Source: Macrostomum lignano (taxonomy: Eukaryota). Taken from it: a stretch of 64,000 nucleotides of DNA. The stretch is taken from NCBI GenBank assembly GCA_002269645.1, contig NIVC01001364.1, positions 186,001 to 250,000 on the forward strand, written 5' to 3'. This document shows, piece by piece, positions 48,801-60,800 of this stretch. Position 1 is the stretch's first letter; the number at the start of each line of letters is the position of its first letter. A program made the translations under genes and the position numbers. A model generated the notes under the pieces. It saw only the letters and a list, made by a program, of their open reading frames with translations, ran no database searches and was not told where the DNA came from.

Positions 48801-51800
48801 CATCTCACCTCTTTCCTCTCTCCCCAGCTCTCCCCTCTCCTCTTCCTCTCCTTTCTCGCCTCATCTGCCCCTCTCCTCTCTAACCATGCCATCCTCTTCT
48901 CTTTCCTCTCCTCTCCACTCTCTTCTCTTATCTCCCCTCTCTATATCCTCTATTCTTCCCTTTTCTCCTCTATAACCTCTCTTCTCTTCTCTCCTCTCTC
49001 TGGCCCTCTCTCTGCTTTGAAGAAAATTTCCAACCCCAGTCCTAAACCCTAACCACAACCGTAGCTTCTGCCGACACCAATCCTAAACCCTAACCACAAC
49101 CGTAGCTTCTGCCGACACCAATCCTAAACCCTAACCACAACCGTAGCTTCTGCCGACACCAATCCTAAACCCTAACCACAACCGTAGCTTCTGCCGACCC
49201 CAATCCTAAACCCTAACCACAACCGTAGCTTCTGCCGACACCAATCCCAAACCCTAACCACAACCGTAGCTTCTGCCGACACCAATCCTAAACCCTAACC
49301 ACAACCGTAGCTTCTGCCGACCCCAATCCTAAACCCTAACCACAACCGTAGCTTCTGCCGACCCCAATCCTAAACCCTAACCACAACCGTAGCTTCTGCC
49401 GACCCCAATCCTAAACCCTAACCACAACCGTAGCTTCTGCCGACCCCAATCCTAAACCCTAACTACAACCGTAGCTTCTGCCGACCCCAATCCTAAACCC
49501 TAACCACAACCGTAGCTTCTGCCGACCCCAATCCTAAACCCTAACTACAACCGTAGCTTCTGCCGACCCCAATCCTAAACCCTAACCACAACCGTAGCTT
49601 CTGCCGACCCCAATCCTAAACCCTAACCACAACCGTAGCTTCTGCCGACACCACTTACGATCTCGTCGCATTTCCTCCTGGGGATCAATTGACGTGGCCT
49701 CTTCAATCAGCAGATTAGGAACCATCTGAAAGCAGCAAAAATCAATAGTAAATAAATATCAACTCGGGCATAAAAGTGATAGACTCTGTTTCCATTGGCA
49801 ACTGACAATTATCCAAGCAACCAATCTTTCAGGGGTAGAGGCTGCTCTAGGCAAGTAAACTGAGTTTGCTGAGCACTTATCCCAATCATTTGAGGGCTGC
49901 AGCAGCCGCGGACAGCTCCAGCTCAGGGAAGATTTTTTATTTCCCATTTAGCGAGGATGAGGATTTTTCCCCTTCCCTGCTGCAGCTCATATATACTTTT
50001 TCTAACTCTTATCGGGCGCATTTCTCGCACCTGGCGAACCGGCATAGCAACCAGAATTCTCGCGGGCCTTGCGGGTGGAAGCTCAGTTCAGTTCCGCAGT
50101 CAGCTGCTCACTAACTCACTTTCCCTTCTCATTCCCTATTATTCCCCAATCCGGAGTTCAATGCCATTTTGAGTCTGTGTGAATTTTTCAGGCTTCAAGT
50201 TGACTGTGCAAAAAATGATGAGATACTCAAACTCTAATGAGGTGATGCTCAAAATAAGTTTAATAGGAAGCTCAAGTCAGCGACAAAGGAACTGGGGATA
50301 GATGGGTAGAGGAGTAGAGGGAGAGGGGTAGAGGGAGAGGGGTAGAGGGAGAGGGGTAGAGGGAGAGGGGTAGAGGGAGAGGGGTGGAGGGAGAGGGGTA
50401 GAGGGAGAGGGGTAGAGGGAGAGGGGTAGAGGGAGAGGGGTGGAGGGAGAGGGGTGGAGGGAGAGGGGTAGAAGGAAATCGATAGGGAGGGGAGAAAGAT
50501 AGGGGTATATGAAGAGGCAGAAAGAGAGGAACAGTGGAGGAATAGGGAGAGGGGAGACGAAGATTAAGAGGTAGAGTGAGAAGTAGAGGTGGGATAGCAG
50601 GTCAGGCCGGCACAGGGGAGCTCTCACCCCTCCAATTCCGGCCTCTTCCTCTTCTCGCTCTCGCCGTCTCCTCTCGGCCTCCTCCTCATCGGCGAGTCTG
50701 CAAATTCAAAGGCAGATTTTATTATCAAGCATGGAGGCGGGCAACTGATTGTGAAGATTAGTAACTGGGATGCACATTGTAACCATGGGATAGATTAGTC
50801 ATCAAGTATAGGTGAGGTGAGGCTTCAATCAGGCTGTTTTGCAGCCCCAACACAACTATTAATTTAAACTGTGCCATGCAGAATTAGTTGAAAAAGAAAA
50901 TAATTAATTTGCCTGGCATGGCAGGCGGTAGGAAGTCAGTCAATAAGATTGCAGCCCGCTGAGCTCTTATTATAAAACCCCTTAATTGCATGCAGACTCA
51001 GGCTTTGAAACCTGTGTGCGCACATTTGGCCGGCTTGAGTAAACACACTGAACAGGCAGAATCAAGAGTGACTGACTGATGAGGCTGCCTCCCACACGCT
51101 TGAGGGTGAGACTGGCCGAGGCTGAGGACAGTTAAAAACAGCTTGAGTAAATCAGAGGGGGCCAGCGACAAGCACAGACAGTTCGGTTGCCATGCCAATC
51201 GAGTCCGCCGTGTAAAAAGAGTTGAATAATGAAATGCATCGAATTTTAATTTGTTATAATCATCAAATTAATTATTGGGTGAATAAAAACATCGGACACT
51301 GTGCTAAAAATGTCAATTTAATTAATTTTGATTAGTTTGATTTATTAGTCGGGTCAAAATCCTGCGCATCAGGCTCACTCTCGCTTATTCTCTTCGTTTG
51401 GGGCCTCGGCCCCGGTTGTTGGCTCTGTTGCCATGACAACCGCATGACTTTCGTCGTCGGCACGACTGTCTTTGCTTGCGGCGACTGTTTCCTTCAATTT
51501 TTTATCTTGAATTTTTCGGAAATTAAAATTGCCTTTAATTTGAGCTTTTGTTTTACTTTTATTTTTTATTTACGATTTATTTTTCATTTTTACCGGCTTC
51601 GACTGGCTCCGATTTGCTCGGGGATTCCTTGGGGTTGGCGCTGAAATCAGCGGGAAGCGACAATCTTTGACTTCCTGCCCGATCTACTCTGCCCGATCTA
51701 CTCTGCCCGATCTACTCTGACCGATCTACTCTGCCCGATCTACTCTGCTTGATCTACTCTGCCCAATCTACTCTGCTTGATCTACTCTGCCCAATCTACT

Positions 51801-54800
51801 CTGCCCGATCGACTCTGCCCAATCTACTCTGCCCGATCGACTCTGCCCGATCTACTCTTTAAAGTCTACTCTGCCCAATCCACTCTGCCCAATCCACTCT
51901 GCCCGATCTACTCTTTCAAATCTACTCTGCCTGATCTACTCTTCCCGATCTACTCTGCCCGATCTACTCTACCCGATCTACTCTGCCCGATCTACTCTGC
52001 CCGATCTACTCTGCCCGATCTACTCTGCCCAATCTACTCTGCCCGATCTACTCTGCCCGATCTACTCTGCCTGATCTACTCTGCCTGATCTACTCTGCCC
52101 GATCTACTCTGCCCGATTTACTCTGCCTGATCTACTCTGCCTAATGTACTCTGCCCGATCCACGACTTCCGATCAAAAGTAATCTGCTCTACTCTATCTA
52201 GTCTATGAAATCTAATCTGCAAAATCTACAGCCTCCATCCCATACTTCCCATACTCTGTTTAATCTACAATATCCAAAATATCCTGTGAAACCTTTCCAT
52301 CGCCGTCCACCCACCTTTGTCTCTCCGCCTCCTCTTCTCTCCAGCGTCGCTCCTCTTCCTCTTCTTTCAGGCGCCGTCGTCGTTCCTCCTCTTCTTGGCG
52401 CCGTCGGCGCTCATCTTCTTCCAGGCGCCTTCGTCGCTCCTCCTCTTCTTGGCGCCGTCGGCGCTCCTCTTCCTCCCGCATCCGTCTTTCTTCATCCTCG
52501 CGCCTTCGGCGCTCCTCCTCCTCCAGACGACGTCTCCGCTCTTCCTCTTCTTCCAGGCGCCGTCGGCGCTCCTCCTCTTCCCATCTTTTGCGATCTTCTT
52601 CTTCTCGTCTTCGACGCTCTTCTTCTTCCTGACGCCGGCGCTGCTCTTCTTCTTCCGCTTTCCTGCAAAATTTGAAAGCAATTTAGCAATATCAACTAAC
52701 CCCAGATTGCCAAAGTCTTGGTAGCAAAGCGCGTGATAGGCTGGTTAATAGGGTGATTATCGACTTAAGCATCCATTTTACGAGTATGTCAGTTTAAAGT
52801 GCGCATGCACTTTTCCACTCGTACTAATAATAACAGGAAAAATTGACAATAGAACAGCAGTCGGTTGTTCTCCATCTTCTTGTGGTAGGTTGCTGCAGCG
52901 GATGGGGGCAGCGGCTGAGAAGGAATGCAATGTGAGGCTTTTATGGCCCTGAACCGATAGTGCGGCGAGAGCGAGGGACAGAGAGAGAGAGAAAAGTTTC
53001 CGAAGCCAGGCGCTGACTGCTGGGAAGGATGGGCTGCGTGAGGATAAACTGCGGATCCCATAAAAAGCCAAGATGGATGAGGAAGGGAGACAGAGCAGGA
53101 GACGACAGCTCAGGCTCAATACAGAGGGCTGCTGCATATCAACTGCATTCAAGGCTGCCCAAATTCCTCCTCCAGCTACTGAAAGAGAATTTTTTAAACA
53201 ATAAAAAGAAAAGAAAAGCTGACAGCCTTTGGCAGGAGCAGAGGAGACGGGGAACAAAGGAATTTCGGGCTTACAGGAAGGATGCTGAAAGTGAGGCTGA
53301 TGTCGCCTATTTGTTTAACAATATCGGTGCTAAGTTCACATATGAGCACACTGCCAAGCCCATGATTCAGCTAGGATCTACGAACAGAGACAAAGACCAG
53401 GATCTCTAGACAAATATCAGGATCTCTAGACAAAGACCAGAATCTCTAGACAAAGACCAGGATCTCTAGATAAGACCGAAATCGCTAGACACAGACCAGG
53501 ATCTCTAGACAGAGACCAGAATCTCTAGACAAAGACCAGAATCTCTAGACAAATATCAGGATCTCTAGACAAAGACCAAAATCTCTAGACAAAGATCAGG
53601 ATCTCTAGACAAAGACCAGAATCTCTAGACAAAGACCAGGATCTCTAGACAAAGACCAGAATCTCTAGACAAAGACCAGGATCTCTAGACAAAGACCAGA
53701 ATCTCTAGACAAATATCAGGATTTATAGACAAAGACCAGAATCTCTAGACAAAGACCAGGATCTCTAGACAAAGACCAGAATCTCTAGACAAAGATCAGG
53801 ATCTCTAGACAAAGTCCAGGATCTCTAGACAAATATCAGGATCTCTAGACAAAGACCAAAATCTCTAGACAAAGACCAGAATCTCTAGACAAATATCAGG
53901 ATTTATAGACAAAGACCAGAATCTCTAGACAAAGACCAGGATCTCTAGATAAAGACCAGAATCTCTAGACAAAGATCAGGATCTCTAGACAAAGTCCAGG
54001 ATCTCTAGACAAAGACCAGAATCTCTAGACAAAGACCAGGATCTCTAGACAAAGACCAGAATCTCTAGACAAAGACCAGGATCTCTAGACAGAGACCAGA
54101 ATCTCTAGACAGAGACCAGAATCTCTAGACAAATATCAGGATTTATAGACAAAGACCAGAATCTCTAGACAAAGACCAGGATCTCTAGACAAAGACCAGA
54201 ATCTCTAGATAAAGACCAGAATCTCTAGACAAAGATCAGGATCTCTAGACAAAGTCCAGGATCTCTAGACAGATATCAGGATTTCTAGACAAAGTCCAGG
54301 ATCTCTAGACAAAGACCAGAATCTCTAGATAAAGACCAGAATCTCTAGACAAAGATCAGGATCTCTAGACAAAGTCCAGGATCTCTAGACAGATATCAGG
54401 ATTTCTAGACAAAGACCAGAATCTCTAGACAAAGACCAGAATCTCTAGACAAAGATCAGGATCTCTAGACAAAGTCCAGGATCTCTAGACAGATATCAGG
54501 ATTTCTAGACAAAGACCAGAATCTCTAGACAAAGTCCAGGATCTCTAGACAAATATCAGGATTTCTAGACAAAGACCAGAATCTCTAGACAAAGACCAGA
54601 ATCTCTAGACAAAGATCAGGATCTCTAGACAAAGATCAGGATCTCTAGACAAAGATCAGGATCTCTAGACACAGACCAGGATCTCTAGACACAGACCAGG
54701 ATCTCTAGACAAAGAATAGAATCCCAGGACTGGGACGAATGTCTCCCTAAAGTTTATAATCTGCAGATTAAGAACAGAGAATATCTGGTCATTGAAAGTC

Positions 54801-57800
54801 TCTGCGAGGAACTACAATGGTTTCAGAGAAAAAACGTTTACTTTTTAGAAGAAAAAAACCGCCTTAGAAACGAATCTCTAACTCGGAAACTGATGCCACA
54901 CACACAGTTTGAGCGGCAGCCCGAGTGGCTGCTGCAGAGTCTCTCGCACCCACCCCTTATCATGGCCCGGCAGCCCCCCGAACTGACTAACTGTGAAAGC
55001 ATCAGCAAGAGGGCTCAGCTGAGTGACAGTAAGGGGTATTGTAAGAGCCTGTTCTGCAAAAGCATAGAAAAACACTCTAGAGCACTGGAGTTGATAGTGG
55101 GGGGGGGAGATGTCAGCTAGTTCGTATTGCATAGCAACTACACAGCTCTAGGCTGTCTGCCTGCTGATTGTGAAATCAACTCACAATGCTGCACTGCAGG
55201 ACTGGGGAAGCTGGGCTATAAACCAGTGATTAAATATCGGCGATAATTTATTAATGAATCGATAATTTTGCAAGCTGCTTGGGCAGAGGTAAAGAAATTT
55301 TCATTAGTATGGGAAAATTACGAGCGTACTTGAGGCTGAAAGCAAAATTTGCTACTTATGAGTACACTGGGATCAAGCAAAAAGTTTTCAAAGACTCATA
55401 GATTCTTTAGGGTAAGCCCTAAACTCAAAATCCTTTACGGGGTACATCTATGCTCATGGTCCTTTCTTGGGTACATCAGCCCCTCAGGTGCTTCAGTGGG
55501 TAACATCAACCCCTCAGCTGCTTCAGTGGGTAACATCAACCCCTCAGGTGCTTCAGTGGGTAACATCAACCCCTCAGCTGCTTCAGTGGGTAACATCAAC
55601 CCCTCAGGTGCTTCAGTGGGTAACATCAACCCTTCAGGGTACATCCAGCTACTGTGTTCTTCCCTTTATCCTTCAATCTTGAACAGCTCAATCAGGAGTC
55701 GTTCAACTTCAATATTTGTGTTGTACTTTCAAAAAAAAGTAATTACTCTCTCAAATACGTGATTTGGTTAGTTAAGGAGAATCTCTGTGACTAAAAATTG
55801 TAAAGAAATCAAGCACAGGTGAAGCAAGTGATAAGCTCTGTTTATTGCCTTCGAGCTTCCAATTCCGCCAGGCGTCTTCTGGCCTCGGCTTCTTCCTTGA
55901 TGCGGCGCAGTCGATCTCTAAGCTCGGGTGCGAATTCGAATCAATGAACGCATTTTTTTGTTTGTCCGGTGGCGAGTTTGTTTAAATGATAAAATGACGT
56001 TTTTAAGTTTCACGCATCCAAACTGGCAGCTCAGGATTGAATTACCCGACTATTTATTAAAACAGCTCAGACGTGTGGACCTGCCACTCACCGCACCCTG
56101 TCAGCCAGGGCGAGCTCGGCATCCTTGATCTGACGCCGGAGCTGATTCTCCATCTGTTCCAGCTGCCGCAGCCGCCGGCTTCGCTCCTCTTCCTCGCGCT
56201 GCAGCTGCTCGAACTCCAGCAGTTTAGCCTTCAGCATCCCGTTGGCGGCTTCATCAGACTTCGCCTGCTCCCCAGCCGCGGGCAGCTCGGCCGCCGCTGC
56301 CGCCATTCGCGCCTTCTCCGCCTCCCAGAGTCGCCGTTGACGACGCATCTCGTCCAGCAGCGCCTCGGCTGACATCGCCGTCAGACGGGCGTCGTCATTC
56401 TCGTCGCTGTTGTCCTTGACAACGACGCTTCGAGCTCTCGGCGTTATCGGGATTTGAGAGGTGGAATCGTTGTTGAAGGCGTCGGTGTCGGCGGCAGCGG
56501 CGGCGGCGGCGATGGAGGCGTCGGTTTCAGCGCTGGCGGCTCCTCGGCGCTGGTCCTGCCCGCCCGTCGACAGTCGATAGGTGGCGCCGCTGACTGTCCG
56601 CTCCGACGTCGATGACGGCGGCTCCGTCAGCGGCGACTCGTCAAACGGCGGCGGAGGCGGCGGCGGCGGCGGCAGCGGCATAGGCGAAGATCTCAGTGAA
56701 TCTTCATCGTCAGCCTCCGCTCCCGTTGCGGAGGCACCAGCGGCCGCGGCCGCAGCCTGAGCTTTGCTGCAAAATTTGCGTCAAATAGGAGTTTCTATGA
56801 GTTTTTCTTGGTTCGCAAATTGAGGCAGCTGCTGCTATCCTGCTGAGAATCGTTCTGTTTCAATTTTAACTAGCTAGTTGTTTGGTTGCGGGGGAGGGGT
56901 CGGGATTAGGTGTGCATGTAATCAAACTTCTGAGAACAGACTAGCCATTGTTCTTTGCAAATAAAGAGCTTAGAGGAGGGCTAACCGAGATTCAATGTAC
57001 ATTGAGAGTTTCGAAGAGGGCTAGTCGGGATTCAATGTACATTAAAAGTTTCGAGAAGGGCTAGTCGAGATTCAATGTACATTGAAAGTTTCGAGAAGGG
57101 CTAGTCGAGATTCAATGTACATTGAGAGTTTCGAGAAGGGCTAGTCGAGATTCAATGTACATTGAGAGTTTCGAGAAGGGCTAGATGAAATTCAATGTAC
57201 ATTGAGAGTTTCGAGAAGGGCTAGATGAGATTCAATGTACATAATTTAGATTCAATGTGCAATATTACTTCGCAAAGTTAAGTATAAATGCGTTTGTATA
57301 TAATAAGGACAGAGAGAAACCCAAATAAGAGGTATCAAAGAAACGTAAAATTTATTGTGAATTTCTAAATTAAAGAGTGCATTACAGTCTTTTATCAGCT
57401 GAGGAAATGCAAAAGAAACACACAGGAAGGGTTTAAGCAGACTATCAAACTGGCACGTACACTTTGCTCTAGAAGTTTTATTTTGCTGATCGATAAAGTG
57501 TACTGAATAAAGATGCTGGCTTCTTACAATATGTACCTGCATTGCTTCGGGTGTTTTCTGTCGATTTTTGCTCCATCCGCAGGCTCACACACCCCTATAT
57601 AAGAAGTATTAAGTCCACGACCAAGCAATTGCAGGACCAGAAGCCCCAGGCCAAAGTTTCGAGCACAAGCTCCGAAATGAATGCAGCCTTGCACGGAATA
57701 GAAGCAGGTGTCGTGGAGCGAGAGTCGGACCGCCGCTCTTGCCCTCCCACTAAATTCCCTAGACAGTTCTAACCACTGCTCTCAATAAAGTTTCAACAGC

Positions 57801-60800
57801 AGTTTACAAAGGCACTCACCACCGCGGCATTCAATCCTCTGGCCAAGCCAGCTCAGAAGCTTCGAACTCGGGCCAAGTCTACAAACACTCTTCCAGTCTC
57901 TGGGCTGAACTTCAAGACAGGTAGGCAGACGACAGAAGCGAGAAGCAAAGGTAATAAATAACGAGTATTTTTGTGCTTGTTGACAGGTAGGCAATACGTC
58001 TGTGCAGTTGGTGCAGCTATCAATGATATTTAAAAAGGAAAATTCATAATTGCGTGCATAAATAAAATATGCAAAAAAAAATAATAGAGTATTGTGTACA
58101 GTAAAAATCAACTGAGCTGCCATATTTGGTGCGATAGAGAAGAATCCAAGTGCTCAAGATTTCTCACCTCTCCAGCTCTTCGTAGTCCATGTCCAGTCCG
58201 GAGTCGAAGGGAACGGGAGATCGGGACTGACCTGCCAGGTGAACCAAAACAATGCTTCACTCAGTGTTAACTAATGCACAGCGAAAACTAATTACTGTAA
58301 CTACAGAAGAATCCTGTTTTCTTAGAAAGCAACTATTGCGCTTTGCCCAAGCAGTTGATGAAGCTAAGAAGTTTTAAAACAATAGAAAACATTGCGCCAG
58401 TCGCTTATTCATCCAGATGTTTCATAAAAATGCATAACAATACTTCTGCTTCTCTGACAACAAAATTTGCATTCGATCGCTTGCTTCTTACATACACTCG
58501 TACGTAACCCGTCAGTGTGACGACCTCTTTAATTTCTAACGAACAAATTGCTTTCTAGAAGTATATTAAGTCCATCTTCATCTACCCAGGATTTATTACA
58601 GGATACGCCTAAAGTGTATCCTTATCGTAATCGGTCTCGCTGTATTCATGTGTATATTTAAATTCTGCTAACGGAATAGAAGCAGGTGTCGTGGAGCGTA
58701 AAATTACTTCAGGGGCCCGTGCTATCGAATACTCTTAACTCCTAAATCCTTAAGAGTGTCCTAACTCCTAGCTCCTAGCTGGCTTTTCTGTGCTATAGAA
58801 TCAAGAGTAAATTTTAAGAGCTAGGAGGCTCCTTAAGGACGTTAGGATACTCCTTGGTGAATTTAGGAGACCTCATTAAGGTTTGTCGCGTGCTATAGAA
58901 TAAGGAGCGGAGCGTAGGAGCTAGGAGCTAGGAATTGCCGTTTAGGAGTGAGTTTTAGGAGTGCGTGTCCTATAGAAGGAGCGAAACTCATTTCTAGCTC
59001 CTAATTCCTAGTTAAGACTTCAAGGGCCAAATTTCACTCTTAGGTTATAGTAGGATCGTATGATTCGTTTCTTTTTTCATGTTTTCGGACAGTGAGCTAG
59101 GCTCGGACGATGAGGGAGCTAATGATCGACGACCCAGACAATTTAAGCAGAGCATTAACTTTTTTGAAGAATATAATACTGTGTCAGGATTTCGGCTCAA
59201 TGAGAATCAACTCTTGGCGACATTCAAGGATGACCTCTCTCCACATTTCAATCTTGAGTGCTTTTGTTATTGTTGGCGAAAAGGCACCGAAAAGGTGCAC
59301 GTCCTTTCGAGCCGCAATCGCTTTAACAAACGCAACTTTTTGGTTTGCTTGCATTGTTTGAATTCACGAATTGCTCCTATAATTACTCCTTAAGGTGCGT
59401 ACATTTAGGAGTTTAATATAGCACGTAGATTGGCAGACTCCTTAGCCAATCGCCTTACACTCCTTAGAACTCCTCCTCACTCCTATGCTGCACTCCTTAA
59501 AACAACTCCTAGCTCCTAACTCTTGATTCTTGAACTCTATAGCACACAAAATCGATTCGCTCCTTGCTAGGAGCACTCCTGACTCCTAACTCCTTACTCT
59601 TTGCTCTTAAATCTATAGCATGGGCCCCAGATCTCTCCCCTCTGTCCCTAAAGTACAATGTAATCCACCTCACTTGGTTGATGTGCAACTTTCAATTTTG
59701 CCGTCTCCATCCATCTGCCTTTCTTTCCCTTCCGCCCTAAATAATGTACATTGTGTGTTGTTATCGATCCGTCTCCAACTTCAGTGTGTATTTTAACTTT
59801 CGCTACCCCTCTACCCCAACGTGCACGCCCGAGTCTCTCCCCCTCTGCCCCCTAACTGTGTGTTTTTATCGATCCCTCTCCCTCGGGCGCATTTTAGCTT
59901 TCGCTTTACCCCTCTACTCCAATGTGCACACCCAAGTCTCCCCTCTGCCCAATAGTGTACATTGCCATCGGCCGCAAATAATCTCTGGCTTACTGTCGGC
60001 AGTGCCGGGCCGCGAGCCGAGGCCCGGGTAGCTCTGCATCGGGTAGGGGCCGATGTACACTCCAGTGATGCCCTTGTGCGCCACCTTTGGCGTCCTGCCG
60101 TGATATACGGCTAGAAACAAAGAGCGGGATAAAACGGAGCCGAAATACAGAATCACTGAGGCTGTTTCATTAATTCGGGATCTAAAAAATGGTCAGGAGC
60201 TAAATCTAAAACCAGTTTTGTGTTAAAAATTCGGAACAACCAAAAATGAAAAAACGGCGGTAAAATGCATAAGCAATTTATGCAAATTTAGTCTCCATAG
60301 AGACTGCTACAGTTTCTCCTGTAATTTAGTATCGATTTTTTAAAAATCAAAAGTAAGGTAGCTTGTATGTGGTATTCGTTACTACTGTGCGTGATTGAAA
60401 ACGGAAATTATTAGTAAGCCATCATAGCATAAAATCGATAAGCTCGGCTAAAAATTATTTCTTAAAAAAATTTAAAATGGCGCATTTCTGCCTCACTCGT
60501 CTCGCTCAGTCGTTGGTGATGCCTCATTCTTTGTGCTGAAAATTAGAGAGACCAAAAAGGCATTGCAGTCTAACGTTCATCGTCAGGACGGCTAATTGTG
60601 AGGTCGACCACTTAGAAGAGTGCCACACTGTTCTGACTGAAGATTGCTAACATTAACTTGGCCATAAAGAGTGCCGCACCCCATGCCTGATCAGCCTTGA
60701 CAACTGAGCAGCAAAGCGAGCTAAATACAGTTTTTTAGGCAAACCGGAGAACCAGTTTCTCTAGGATGACTCACTTTGACGAGGCGAATCGAAGTTTTGC

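Noticed and set aside
52778-55132. Short ORFs (52778-53409, 54878-55132) and TAAT/TTTATGG-rich stretches as genes or enhancers
   Set aside because: No recognisable domain, no consistent splice sites, and the motifs are too short to support a call.
57660-57760. Extra SPATA1-like exon near the 28-bp repeat
   Set aside because: The candidate splice sites give the wrong phase for the 2-2 slot and the donor is weak.
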